64,000 nucleotides of DNA from a virus (IMGVR_UViG_3300020045_001394:4415-68414); one strand, 5' to 3'. Positions 39,213 to 50,408 are shown, counted from the first letter of the stretch. The notes: generated from the letters alone by a model not told the origin. Program-made: numbers and translations.

Positions 39213-39764
39213 ATGGAGATTCATCAAGCCAACTCATATGCATATGAAATAGAACATTTTGGTAAACCACTGGATTTTAGCAGTGGAATTGCAGGTGAGT
39301 GCTTTAAGAATGTAAAACAATTCTGCAAAGAATATATTAAAGCTGGGCGAGATGTCAGCGTATCACTTGTTATCGGCATGAGGACTTGGGACAGTGGTGA
39401 AGCCACTATGTGCTATCATTATCTTGTAAAGGACAATGAGACTGGTGGATATTCTGACCCACAGTATCGTCGGTATACTTTCATTGAGCTACATAACTGG
39501 TCTCTTGAAGACTATGAAAAAGAATGTGATAAATTTGAACTAGAAAACAATTATCATCCAGCTCAAGAATTCTTCAATTGGTACTTGTATAGTGGATATA
39601 ATAAGGTGATTGAAAATTCTATTAAGCTTATCAAGAGTCTATCTCCCTTTCGAGTAAAATTATCAGATAAGGCTATTGAAACTTACCTGAAAGGGGGGGG
39701 GGGGTATGATGATTGTCAGCCAAAATTTGGCAAAAGAATTATTCAGAAGTTACAAATTGACTGA
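39213..39764 (+). CDS. Hypothetical protein containing a G12 tract (39693-39704)
   Basis: 183-aa ORF with GGAG RBS; GECF.N...H...D motif loosely resembling transglutaminase-like folds. Confidence 0.7.
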   Translation: MEIHQANSYAYEIEHFGKPLDFSSGIAGECFKNVKQFCKEYIKAGRDVSVSLVIGMRTWDSGEATMCYHYLVKDNETGGYSDPQYRRYTFIELHNWSLEDYEKECDKFELENNYHPAQEFFNWYLYSGYNKVIENSIKLIKSLSPFRVKLSDKAIETYLKGGGGYDDCQPKFGKRIIQKLQID

Positions 39765-39777
39765 CTAGGAGTAACAA

Positions 39778-41889
39778 ATGCTAGGCGAAAATGAGATTAT
39801 TCTCGATATTGAGGCAGATGGGTTTATTTTTGAATCCACAAAGATCTGGACCGTCTGTGCGACTAACATCCAAAGTGGTGAAAAGATCAAAGTAAATCCA
39901 TTTAAAGATAAATCTGCTAAAGATCAGCTAATCTCATTCATCTTTAAAAAGCCTAGTCCAACTATTGGATTCCACTTTGGTCTCGGGTATGACATGTTTG
40001 TTCTTCAAAACTTGTTGGATATTAATTTCACAGTTGGCAAAGATACAATTGAAGGTCAGCCAGTTCAGTTTGTAGATACGCTCTATTTAAGCATGTTTCT
40101 TAATCCAGACCGTGTTGGGCACAGCGTTGAGGCTTTCGGTGAAACTCTTGGCCTTCCTAAGATTGATTGGCGTGGCAGAGCCATTGAACTTGGATTGATT
40201 GAGAAAGATAGTCCAAAAGGCCAAGAGTTTATGCAGTGGCATCCAGAAATGGATATTTACTGCGAGCGAGACGTTGATGTTAACGTAATGCTCTATGAGT
40301 ATCTCAAGAAGGAATGGCGAGATGTTTATGGAAAAGATTTTAGTATTACAGATGCATTTAAGTGCGGACAGAAGTCATTCTACCTAATGTCTTGTCAAGA
40401 ACTCACTGGATTTAAATTTGATGTTGAGGGCGGTTTAAAACTTAAAGATCGGATCGGCATCATGATGGAAGAAATCAGGGCAGAGGTAGAGCCTAAACTT
40501 CCACCAAGGGCTTTAAAGAAGTCTGAGGAAAAGTATTATAGCATGCCCGCCAAGCCTTGGAAAAAGTCGGGGGAGTTCTCATCATCATGGGAAAAGTTTA
40601 TTGAGAAGCACAATGGTGTTCTTGATGAAAGTACTGGATTATGGGAACTCTATGGCGAGAAGTATCCCGTGGTTGCTGGTGCTATGCTGAACATTAAATT
40701 ACCAATGGAGATGGCTAACCAAGACCAGATGAAAGATTGGTTCTTGGAAAATAACTGGTCGCCAACCCTCTGGAATTTCCAACGAGGGCCAGATGGGAAG
40801 CCAATGCGTGATCCCAAGACTCGACAATTGATTCAAACAAGCCCAAAGATTCAAGAACAAGGTAAGATTTGTCCTAACCTGATGAAGCTGGAAGGCGATA
40901 TTGTTAAACAAGTTGTAAAGTGGTTGAGCCTCCGTAATCGACAATCTGTCTTGGAAGGTTGGCTCACAAATGATCGTCTTCAAATGGATGGGCGTATTGG
41001 CGCCGGACGGAGCGGTATTGCGGCAACACACAGGCAGAAGCATAAAACCTGCGTGAACGTCCCCAAGGCGTCTGAGAAGGTTTTGCTTGGTAAAGAGTTC
41101 CGTTCTTTGTGGATTGCAGAAGATGAGATGCTTATTGCTGCTGGGGATGCTGCTGCACTAGAGGGACGGGTCCAGGGCCACTATTGTTTTAAATATGATG
41201 ATGGTGCGACTGCTGAAGAATTGTTAAAAGGTGACGTTCACTCAAAGAATGCTTTTGCTTTCTTTGGGCATGAAAATGATCTTCAGCAGTTTGATTTCCA
41301 TAGTCCAGACTTCAACAAGGAACATCCAAAATTTAAACCATATCGGGATAAAAGTAAGAACGGATATTATGCTTGTATGTATGGTTGTGCAGGCGCTAAA
41401 CTTGCTTCCACTCTTGGCCTACCAGTCAAGATGGGGAATGAGAAGCTGGAGGCATTCTGGGAGGCAAACCCCGCAACCAAGGCACTGAAGGAGAATTTGG
41501 AGAAGTATTGGGAGACAACCGGTAGGAGTAAATACCTGCCTGCTATTGACGGGCGTATGCTTTGCACTCGAAAGAAGTCTGCACTATTGAATACAATCTT
41601 CCAGAGTTGTGGGGGCATCTCAATGGACTATGCACTATGTTTTATGGACGCATGGTTGGGAGGATTAAAGTGGAAAGACCGTAAACCTTACTATGTGTAT
41701 AAAGGTTTTGTGGTAAAACGTGTTGCCTACATGCATGATGAGGTAGAATTTGAGTGCGAGGAATCTATTGCAGAAGAAATCTCGCAGATGATCGAAAAAG
41801 CTATTGAAAAGGCTGGACAATATCTCAAGCTTAAAGTACCATTAGCAGGTGAAGGGAAGGTAGGGAAATCTTGGTGTGAAGTTCACTAA
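39778..41889 (+). CDS. DNA polymerase, family A (T7 gp5-like, with 3'-5' exonuclease)
   Basis: Exo I DIEAD, Exo III YCERDV, motif A DAAALEGR, motif B RDKSKNGYYACMYG, motif C HDE. Confidence 0.95.
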   Translation: MLGENEIILDIEADGFIFESTKIWTVCATNIQSGEKIKVNPFKDKSAKDQLISFIFKKPSPTIGFHFGLGYDMFVLQNLLDINFTVGKDTIEGQPVQFVDTLYLSMFLNPDRVGHSVEAFGETLGLPKIDWRGRAIELGLIEKDSPKGQEFMQWHPEMDIYCERDVDVNVMLYEYLKKEWRDVYGKDFSITDAFKCGQKSFYLMSCQELTGFKFDVEGGLKLKDRIGIMMEEIRAEVEPKLPPRALKKSEEKYYSMPAKPWKKSGEFSSSWEKFIEKHNGVLDESTGLWELYGEKYPVVAGAMLNIKLPMEMANQDQMKDWFLENNWSPTLWNFQRGPDGKPMRDPKTRQLIQTSPKIQEQGKICPNLMKLEGDIVKQVVKWLSLRNRQSVLEGWLTNDRLQMDGRIGAGRSGIAATHRQKHKTCVNVPKASEKVLLGKEFRSLWIAEDEMLIAAGDAAALEGRVQGHYCFKYDDGATAEELLKGDVHSKNAFAFFGHENDLQQFDFHSPDFNKEHPKFKPYRDKSKNGYYACMYGCAGAKLASTLGLPVKMGNEKLEAFWEANPATKALKENLEKYWETTGRSKYLPAIDGRMLCTRKKSALLNTIFQSCGGISMDYALCFMDAWLGGLKWKDRKPYYVYKGFVVKRVAYMHDEVEFECEESIAEEISQMIEKAIEKAGQYLKLKVPLAGEGKVGKSWCEVH

Positions 41890-41898
41890 AATAACCCC

Positions 41899-41927
41899 TT
41901 GACACCTTTTCCACCACAGACTACAAT
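41899..41927 (+). promoter_or_regulatory. Sigma70 promoter
   Basis: AAAATAACCCC-TTGACA, 17 nt, TACAAT. Confidence 0.8.
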
Positions 41928-41961
41928 CCATCCCGAGAACATATATTAACAGGAGAATAAA

Positions 41962-43007
41962 ATGGGTTACTACACAAACTTTGATATTTCCAATAATCCA
42001 GAGACAGTACAACAGGCTATTGAAGATTTGTCTCAATATTCATTTTACAATGGGCGCACTGATCAGGTAAAATGGTATTCTTGGAAAGAACATTGCATCC
42101 GAGTATCAAAAGACTTCCCCAATATTGTGATTAATATCGAGGGAGAGGGTGAAGAATCGGGAGACCATTGGAAAGCTTATATCAAGAATGGTAAGATTCA
42201 AATCAGCAAGGCTGTGGTTACATTTGAAGAATTTGACGAAGGGAAGTTGAAATGAAATCTAAACAAACACCATTCCCAAAGATTAACTTATCCCTTAAAG
42301 ACTTCCATCATGAGGTGCCAGATAATCAAAACTTCGAACTAGTGATAGAGTTTAAACATAAAGATAGTAAACGAGAGTTCTTGAATCCTATAGCTAGCTT
42401 TGGTATTGCTCAAGGATTGTTTAAAGCTAGTACACGTAATTCTGAATATAACTACTGCTATCCAATCAAACAGATTCGGCAAGCATATTTGATTAGCATT
42501 TAAGGAGAAATAAATAATGTCAAACGTAAATAAAAGCACTACCGTACAATTTCCAATCTTGGCTATCATGTTCCTCATCTTTATGACACTAAAACTTTGT
42601 GGTGTTATTGCTTGGAGCTGGGTGTGGGTAGCCGCACCAATTTGGATTCCTATTGTAATTGTACTTACTATCTTAGCTGTGGCTGGAACAGTGTTGCTGT
42701 TGAAGAAGTAAATAAGGAGAAACAAATGTTGAAATTTCTAGGTGGTTGTGTTCTACTAGCAATTAGTACTATTCTTGGTGCTTACGCTGTATCTAGTCTG
42801 TGGTTGTGGTTTATTGTTCCACTTGGCATTAAAGCTATTGGATTGGTTCACGCTTACGGCTTGAGTGTTATTGTCCACTATATGACGATGGAAATGCCTG
42901 ACCATGAGAAGTTAGCCAAGGAGTCTTTTGCTAGTCGTGTAGGGTTTCGTATTCTACTGACATTGACGGCACTTGGTCTTGGGTATGTAACACACATCTT
43001 TATGTAA
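41962..43007 (+). other. Four small genes, including two membrane proteins (42517-42711; ~42726-43007)
   Basis: AGGAG RBSs; LKL.G.I.WSW.WV..PIW motif of a common phage TM protein. Confidence 0.7.
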
Positions 43008-43014
43008 ATAATCC

Positions 43015-43043
43015 TTGCACATAAGATGTAAAAGAGCTATAAT
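43015..43043 (+). promoter_or_regulatory. Sigma70 promoter upstream of the SSB-like gene
   Basis: TTGCAC, 17 nt, TATAAT. Confidence 0.75.
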
Positions 43044-43171
43044 ATATGTCCTAGACTAATTTTCTGTAAGGGAATATGCATTAAGGCTAGGGCAATGTAG
43101 AAGCTGCACCACTGAAGAAATAAACGTCAATCATGACAAAACTATATAAACTGCAAAAGAGGATGTAAATA

Positions 43172-44284
43172 ATGACCACTGATTTTGAATTCGACTTCGG
43201 CATTGAAACCCGTAAACCGTCCAACGCAAACAGCGATACCCCTAAGATTGATTATGACGCTCGCCGGGAGTATATGGTAGCCAACTGTGGTACTGCTGAT
43301 AAAGCGGAGTCTACGATTGCAATTATCTCTGGTATTGCCGACCTTGGTTTGCAATCTCAGTTGGACGCAAAAATGGAGTGGAAGGGAACTCCAGAAGAGA
43401 AACAAGCTATTATTGATAAAGCAGACGGCCAATATTTCCAGACGCTAGATAATGGTAAGGGACAAATGGTAGAGTTCAAACGTTGGAAGGTGGCACCACA
43501 ACGAGCTTATGCTGTCTTTGTAGATGTTCCAAGTATTATGCTAGATCAGGGTCAATTCTTTGGTGATACGAGTGGTACAAAGCACCCCCTACGCCTTCTG
43601 TTGAACAATGACAATTGGGATAAAGAAGTAAGCAAGATTCTTGTTAATAAACGCGGCTACACCATTAAAGAAAAGAATCTTCCAGTTAAGATTGGTGGTG
43701 TAGAGAAGAATGCGTGGGGTATGGCAAAGAACCACACTTTCCATAAGCTGGCAGAAGCTGTTGGTGTACTGAATGAGGACGGTTTGTTTAAGCCAGCACA
43801 GGATATGCACCGTTTGATCGGCAAGCCAATCCTGATTGAATATCAGGTACACGAGACTACCAGTAAAGGCAAGAAGTACTTGAATGAGAAAACTTCCTTG
43901 GTCGGTCAGGTGCCTGGGATGATGAAATCCATGATTCCTGAACTGGATCGTAAGTACTTGTTTGCCACCAAGTTTAAAGGCACACAGAATCCAGAAGTAC
44001 TTAAGATGTTGCGTCACACAGTGATTGAAACAATGAAGCTTGCAACAGATTTTGAAGGCAGTGATATCCAGAAAGCTCTAATTGAACTTGGTCGTGTTAA
44101 AGCCTCCGACTCTAGCCAGAATCAATCGGAACAGGTTATTCATCGGACTACAGCACCACAGGGGCCACGTAAAGCTGAACCTAGCCCTACCCCACAGGGT
44201 ACAGACTTTGACAGTTTTGATGATGATATTCCTTTCGCTCCGATTGGTTTGCAAGAAGGTCGTATGTTCTTGCACATGATCTGA
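43172..44284 (+). CDS. Probable single-stranded DNA-binding protein
   Basis: Disordered linker followed by acidic DFDSFDDDIPF tail; lies in the replication module with its own promoter and terminator. Confidence 0.7.
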   Translation: MTTDFEFDFGIETRKPSNANSDTPKIDYDARREYMVANCGTADKAESTIAIISGIADLGLQSQLDAKMEWKGTPEEKQAIIDKADGQYFQTLDNGKGQMVEFKRWKVAPQRAYAVFVDVPSIMLDQGQFFGDTSGTKHPLRLLLNNDNWDKEVSKILVNKRGYTIKEKNLPVKIGGVEKNAWGMAKNHTFHKLAEAVGVLNEDGLFKPAQDMHRLIGKPILIEYQVHETTSKGKKYLNEKTSLVGQVPGMMKSMIPELDRKYLFATKFKGTQNPEVLKMLRHTVIETMKLATDFEGSDIQKALIELGRVKASDSSQNQSEQVIHRTTAPQGPRKAEPSPTPQGTDFDSFDDDIPFAPIGLQEGRMFLHMI

Positions 44285-44298
44285 TAAGCTAAGACTAA

Positions 44299-44324
44299 AG
44301 AGCCTTCTTATTGAGGGCTCTTCC
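44299..44324 (+). terminator. Hairpin/terminator after the SSB-like gene
   Basis: AGAGCCTTC-TTATT-GAGGGCTCT; weak U-tract. Confidence 0.55.
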
Positions 44325-45335
44325 TAGAATTAAAGGAGAGAAGAATGATCTTTGATAAGACAGTGGTGGTATTTGTACGAGATGAATCTAAGGATATTAC
44401 CTTTCTAGAGAGTGCCACCTTTGGTCCATTTAATAGGAATTATAAAACAGCTAATGCTTTTATTACAGAACTTAAGAGTTTGTATAAGAAGCATGGTAGT
44501 GATAAATTCTATATTATGAATGTAGTGATTGAATAATGTCCACTCCTGTTTACGAAACTCCAGAACAAAGAATTGCTATTCTTCAGAAGACAGTGGAATA
44601 TTACGAAGGATTGCTTGACTATCTGGATGACATGATTCCAAATATTAATGATGTTATTTCTGAATATAATGGAGATGAAAGTGTATGACCAAGGTATATG
44701 ATCTAACAAGCATTATTTCTACAATTGAAAGTAAAGATAAGGCAAATATAGAACGTCTTCTTTTACGTTTTGATATCGAATACACAGATGATAGGTCCAA
44801 AGTTAAGCATTATACAATCAACTATGATTGTAATACAGACAATGAAGTTAACATTGAACATGCGCTCGCCTTGATTAGTAATGCTTGCTGGTTTACTTTC
44901 TGTTGTAAATTAGCAGATGCAAAACATAAAGGTGTAGAGCCAGGTTGTTTGTTGAAAGAGGGCAACCCCGGAGAGAATACTTCTGCCAAACTCAAAATAG
45001 GTAAAGTCTTTGTCTCTGGTCCTATGACTCTTAATTCTAAAGAAAGTCTTGTTCCGTCAAGTATTGAAGTATATGCTTTCGGTTATCCAGGGTCTGTACA
45101 TGGAGAGATTAACTTTGGTATTGAACTGTATGACTAAGCCTATATCCTACAGCCTAACACGAGAAGATATCTCTCTTATCTTTGATCGTTGGCAAGTTAA
45201 AGACTCTGCTGATCCAGATAAGCAAGTGAGTATTGAAGAAAGCATGTTGTATGCTGAGAATGCTACAGATGAGTTTATTCGTATTATGAAAGAGATTAAG
45301 AAGATGAAGCCTGTATTTAATTTTAAAGGAGATGA

Positions 45336-45650
45336 ATGATGACTCACAACGTATTGCAAGGTGAACTGTTCGATAAACCAAAACCACAGGAAGCTAAAGA
45401 TCTTTTCCGCCGTGGTCGTATTCTTCACAATGAGATTCTTGTCCTTAAGGAAGACTTGCGTACTCTTGCTGATGAGTTTACATATGACAAAGACTTGAAT
45501 AAACTTGGTTTGACCAAGAAGATTGTCAAGTCTACACTGAAAGCGGCGGAGGTAGATGCAGGCAATTCATTTGAGAAGTTGGTAGATAAGCGAATGGAGC
45601 AAGAAGAGTTTGAGGAATACTTCAAAGAGATTAGTGGTTATGATGATTAA
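45336..45650 (+). CDS. Small helical dsDNA-binding-like protein
   Basis: Coiled-coil LKEDL..L.....GL.KK pattern reminiscent of GapR or T4 DsbA-like proteins (inference). Confidence 0.45.
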   Translation: MMTHNVLQGELFDKPKPQEAKDLFRRGRILHNEILVLKEDLRTLADEFTYDKDLNKLGLTKKIVKSTLKAAEVDAGNSFEKLVDKRMEQEEFEEYFKEISGYDD

Positions 45651-45669
45651 AGAGTAAACTATTGTGGTA

Positions 45670-45702
45670 GCCCTCTCTGTTTAAGGGAGGGCATTTTTGT
45701 TT
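45670..45702 (+). terminator. Rho-independent terminator
   Basis: GCCCTCTCT-GTTTA-AGGGAGGGC-ATTTTTGTTT. Confidence 0.8.
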
Positions 45703-45895
45703 GAGGAGAGAATGTTATGGAAAAGAAAAATCTTGTCTATATTGTGGTAGACGCAGACGGCAATAAACGAGCTAACTACTCTACCGGTACAAGCATCTAT
45801 TCACGAAAAGCTAACGCTATTGCACGTTTAGGTCATTATAGAAGCAAGAAAGTTGTAGAGTTTGAGCTTGTACCGACGGGTGAGGAGTGGACAGA

Positions 45896-46900
45896 GTGAC
45901 AACACCAACACACGCTGTACTTGACCTTGATATGTATAAATACTCCGCATCCTATGTTGGAGAGAAACGTACTATTGAGGTGACACATAAGACAGAAGGA
46001 TGGTCTAAACCTTATAAGAGTCGTACTGAATTCTGGGGGCACTGGAAGAAGAAAGCCGGAGGGGATCTTGCTGAGATGAACAAGGATCGTACATCAATTT
46101 GGCTACCAGATGAATTTGATATTCAAGATATCCAAACACCAGAACCTATTGCTAACATCCTTCATTCAGCCAAGCTTATGGTCGAAGGTGATCTGCATGT
46201 AACAGGATCAAAGAGTTATGAAGCCTATCTTGGGGAGGGAGACAGCTTCCGTGTAGGCGTAAGTACGCTTCTTAAGTATAAGGATCGAGACTACTCTATG
46301 CGTCCTCTTGCATTGGATGCTGTAACTGAATACCTGAGAACTAAATTTAAGGCAGAGGTCGTTAGAGACATTGAGGCGGATGATTTCTGTGTAATCGCCG
46401 CATTTAAACAGCCTGATAAATTCGTAATTGGCGAAGATAAAGACTACTGGGGCTGTCCTGTAAACTATTATGATGTTAACCGAAGAGAGCGAGGTATCGT
46501 AAACTGTAACAAGCTTGGACATCTATTCCTAGATAATAAGAGAGATGTACGTGGGGAAGGTCGTATTCATATGTATTATCAGATCTTATCTGAAGACACG
46601 GTAGATAACTACAAGGCTAACTGCTTCTCTGATGTTCCTTGGGCTTCCAAGAGTGCATACAATGCCCTAAAGGACTGCAAGACAGACAAAGAATGCTTCC
46701 AAGTGATGGTGGATTGCTTCAAGGTGCTGTACCCTGATGAGCATAAGACTGTAAAAGGCTGGAGAGGTAATAATATTGCAATTGACTGGTACTATGTGAT
46801 GCAGGAAATGTTCCATATGGCACATATGAAGAGAACGGAAACTGAACCATTGATTATTTTGAGTGATGTGCTAGACAAACTAGGAGTTGATTATAAATGA
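45896..46900 (+). CDS. 5'-3' exonuclease (T7 gp6/FEN-like)
   Basis: LDLD, FR......YK..R, IEADD, DKD and D.VDNY acidic motifs. Confidence 0.88.
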   Translation: MTTPTHAVLDLDMYKYSASYVGEKRTIEVTHKTEGWSKPYKSRTEFWGHWKKKAGGDLAEMNKDRTSIWLPDEFDIQDIQTPEPIANILHSAKLMVEGDLHVTGSKSYEAYLGEGDSFRVGVSTLLKYKDRDYSMRPLALDAVTEYLRTKFKAEVVRDIEADDFCVIAAFKQPDKFVIGEDKDYWGCPVNYYDVNRRERGIVNCNKLGHLFLDNKRDVRGEGRIHMYYQILSEDTVDNYKANCFSDVPWASKSAYNALKDCKTDKECFQVMVDCFKVLYPDEHKTVKGWRGNNIAIDWYYVMQEMFHMAHMKRTETEPLIILSDVLDKLGVDYK

Positions 46901-47226
46901 AAAAGATGTACATTGCTGTTCTAGATGAAGTACCTGATTTTATGGTTCCAACTCTTGTAGCTCATTCCGTACTAGGCGCCCATCTTGCATTCACGAATTC
47001 AGAGGCCTATGATGATTGGCTTACTAATTCTTTTAAGAAGGTGGTATTGAGAGTGGGTCGTAAAGAATTTGATAAGATTGCCAGTCGTCATTACTGCTAT
47101 AAGGGGCATGAGAATACGACGCTTAATGGCGAGAAAAGCTGTTTGGTTATAGTACCTATGGAACCTTATGAAGTGCCTCCTGTACTCAGTTTTGCTAAGA
47201 TGTGGAAACCAAAGGAGGCTCAGTGA
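46897..47226 (+). CDS. Peptidyl-tRNA hydrolase 2-like protein
   Basis: KMYIAV...VAHS...W....FKKVVLRV pattern of Pth2-like proteins. Confidence 0.7.
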   Translation: MKKMYIAVLDEVPDFMVPTLVAHSVLGAHLAFTNSEAYDDWLTNSFKKVVLRVGRKEFDKIASRHYCYKGHENTTLNGEKSCLVIVPMEPYEVPPVLSFAKMWKPKEAQ

Positions 47227-47768
47227 CAGATAAAATTGTATGGGGACCAAATACCCCGTGGAAAAATTCAACAGCTTGGTTCACGTATTTACGCGGGTGT
47301 TTACGCAAAGCATGGTCACGACATCCCACAAGGATTGCTGTAGTTAACAAGAATCGTAAGCAAATTGACAACCCTGGTAAGGGCTATAAGAAGACGGTGT
47401 GGGGGTTTGAATGCTGCCTTTGTCATAGGGAATACACAATCAAAGAGGCTCAAGTGGACCATATCGTTCCTGCTGGCTCTTTACAGAAGACCTCAGATAT
47501 TCAAGGGTTTGTAGAACGCCTCCTGTACGTCACCGAGGATGACCTGAGGCTTGTGTGCAAAGGATGTAACTCTGCACTTGCATATCATGACAAACAAGGT
47601 GTATCCTTCGAGCTAGCTGTAGCTACAAAGAAAGCAATCCAAATGGAAAAGGACAAAACAATCCTTGCATTCCTGCAAGAACAGGCTATACTCCCTGAGA
47701 AAAGTGCAAAGGCTCGTAGGCAACAAGTGGTGGATGTTCTAATCAAACAGGAGAAATTAAATGGCTAA
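47202..47768 (+). CDS. HNH endonuclease
   Basis: LR..LR..W.R.P, C..C...QVDHI.P and LRLVCKGCN motifs. Confidence 0.85.
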   Translation: METKGGSVTDKIVWGPNTPWKNSTAWFTYLRGCLRKAWSRHPTRIAVVNKNRKQIDNPGKGYKKTVWGFECCLCHREYTIKEAQVDHIVPAGSLQKTSDIQGFVERLLYVTEDDLRLVCKGCNSALAYHDKQGVSFELAVATKKAIQMEKDKTILAFLQEQAILPEKSAKARRQQVVDVLIKQEKLNG

Positions 47769-48799
47769 AGTTAGATCTAATATTACGCTCGGTGATGTTC
47801 TTGAAGGAGAAACTTATGAGGTTGATCAATTCAACTCAGAAGGTGCAACTATTGTAGATTCAGCAGATGAATACTTCCAATTGTTCGATGGTGAATATGA
47901 GGTAATTGAAGAATGAACGAACAAGTGCTGAAACAAATCCTAGATAAAATTAGCCATATTGAGCAACGACTCTCTATTATAGAAAGAAATGTTAAAGCTG
48001 ATGATCAAGACTGGCGGACAGTGAAAGACTGTAAAAGTCGTTTTGATGGAAAGCATGGTAGTGGCTATCAAGAAGCTATAGTAGATGCTTATTCAGAGAA
48101 ATATCCTCATCCTTTAACAACACCAAAGGAACGATAACACATGCACCCCTACAATAAGCTTTATCACCCAACACAACACTATATCACTCTATTTGATCCT
48201 TATTGGAGCGGAACAGTGGCGCTATTCATCCAGACTTGTCTAGTCTTCCAATGGACCATCTAAGCTAAAATGAAAGCTGAAACAGCTAGTACAATTATCT
48301 CTTTAATCTCCCTTGTTGACATCCGGCGAGGGAAGGAATATTCTGTACTTGGCAACTACGGAGCTAATCACATCACCATCCTAGATGATAATATGTGTGA
48401 GAGATTGTTAGCTCATTATGAATATGTTAATGCAGAGAAAAGAGAGGATAGGGATGAAAGTTAAATGTCTTGTTAAAGGCGAGGAACCTTTCTTGGTATA
48501 TGGTAAAGTATATGATGTACTTACTGGATATCCTGAGGGGAGGGTGTTTGTTCTAGATACTGAAGAATTAACCAATGAACTCCATCCTGGTGAATATGAG
48601 ATCGTAGATCATGAAGATTAAGAGCCTTATTACAGAGCAGGATGTTGTTGAGGGAAACACTTATATTGTGAGTACAAAGTTCGAAGGTGCTTATGGTAAT
48701 TCCACAGGACTGTTTATCATTGATGACAAAGGTGAACCTTGGTTTCTTGACAATGCTCAGTATGAGGTGGTAGATGAACCATTCGCAGAAAGTCTCTAA
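47761..48799 (+). other. Run of four small SH3-like paralogous genes (47761-47916, 48270-48464, 48454-48621, 48611-48799) plus 47913-48137
   Basis: Shared G-x-x-Y-x-V...I/V-x-D...(G)EYE(V/I) pattern. Confidence 0.7.
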
Positions 48800-49412
48800 C
48801 GTAATTCAAATGTTCAACAAACCTAACATCCCTAGTACAATGTACGCCAATCATTACACAGATGAGCTATCTTCTTGGAAAGAAAAGAATGCTATTATCT
48901 CTAATGACTTCCATAAAGAAAGTGTATTCCAGAAGCAATGCACATTGGACGCTGTTCTTGCTATGAATGAAGAGCTTGTTGAACTTGTACTCAAGTTGAA
49001 AGGAGAGAAAGCATGATCTTTGATAGAGCGTTTAAGTATCAAGTGATGGGACTTCTGTATCTAATCTTAGGTAAACTTACCGCAGTAGGGCTGGCACTCC
49101 CCCTATTCATTATTGGGCTTGTTTATATTGTAATGAGCATCTATTGGTCTTGGAAGGAGCGTTACTTATGAGTGTAGCTGTGTATTTTGAAACAGAGAAG
49201 TATATGCACCTTATTCCTGTAGATAGTGAAGAACTACTAGAGGAAGCTATTTTCAAGGAGATTAATCATCACTTTGGGGAACCAAAGAGTGGGTTTACTG
49301 TTCTTGGGAATGTATTTGTTGTATCCTCGGAAGATCCTCTTGTTGAGAGTGAGCGTCTTCAAGGGAAGGTTGTAGGTATTATCAATAAATTTAAAGGGGA
49401 GAATGAGAGCGT

Positions 49413-50405
49413 ATGACTGATAATAAATGTGTGTTTGTTCTGAAAGAGTGGCATCGTGAGGCAATCGAGCTTAGTAAATTGGGCTATAGTAGTCGCCAAA
49501 TTGCAAATCGCTTGGATAAGGGTAAATCTAGTGTTAATGATGTACTGGCTAAGGTGAATGGTAGTTTCTATGGTTGGACAGAGAAACCTAAACTGTTGGT
49601 TGGTGAATGGATTCCTGCTTCTAAAGTGCCTAAAGCTGGCCCTAAGATTCTATTCATTGATATTGAGACAAAGCCTATTCTTGCACATGTGTGGCGCCTG
49701 TTTGATCAGAACGTAGGTCTTAACCAAATCCAAGAAGACTGGTCAATCCTATCTTACTGTGCTAAGTGGAAAGGGAATGATGAGGTTATCTATGAAGACT
49801 TGGAAGGCGCGGAAGACTTTGAAGACGACAGCAAGCTCTTGGCTAACCTGTGGAAGCTGATGAACGAAGCCGACATTATCGTGGGTCAAAATAGCAAGCG
49901 TTTTGATGTTAAGAAAATTAACGCCAGACTAGTGCTAAATGGTTATCCAAAACCTAGCACATTCCGACAGATTGATACTCTGAATATTGCAAAAGCACAG
50001 TTTGGATTCACTAGTAATAAACTAGCATATATGACTGACAAACTTTGCACTCAATATAAGAAGCTGGAACATGGTAAGTTCCCAGGGCATTTGGTCTGGT
50101 CTGAGTGCATGAAAAACAACCCAGAAGCCTGGGCAGAGATGAAGTTGTATAACATCAACGACGTGCTTTCTCTAGAAGAGTTGTATGATATTCTTAGTAG
50201 CTGGGATAACACACTACCTAACTTTGATGTGTATGTGGATGAAATTCTGGATATGAGTGTGTGGGAAGAGGATGGTTTTCATTACTCAAACATGGGTAAA
50301 TATAAGCGGTATCGTAATACAGAGACCGGTGTGCAACGCCGCTCTCGTGTAAACCTGCTGACCAAGGAGAAGCGGGCAACACTTCTGTCCAATATCTCTT
50401 CTTAA
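49413..50405 (+). CDS. HTH-fused RNase H-like 3'-5' exonuclease (DnaQ/RNase_H_2)
   Basis: N-terminal GYSSRQIANRL HTH; DIET, N..RFD, IDTL, SNKL and YNINDV motifs. Confidence 0.85.
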   Translation: MTDNKCVFVLKEWHREAIELSKLGYSSRQIANRLDKGKSSVNDVLAKVNGSFYGWTEKPKLLVGEWIPASKVPKAGPKILFIDIETKPILAHVWRLFDQNVGLNQIQEDWSILSYCAKWKGNDEVIYEDLEGAEDFEDDSKLLANLWKLMNEADIIVGQNSKRFDVKKINARLVLNGYPKPSTFRQIDTLNIAKAQFGFTSNKLAYMTDKLCTQYKKLEHGKFPGHLVWSECMKNNPEAWAEMKLYNINDVLSLEELYDILSSWDNTLPNFDVYVDEILDMSVWEEDGFHYSNMGKYKRYRNTETGVQRRSRVNLLTKEKRATLLSNISS

Positions 50406-50408
50406 CCC

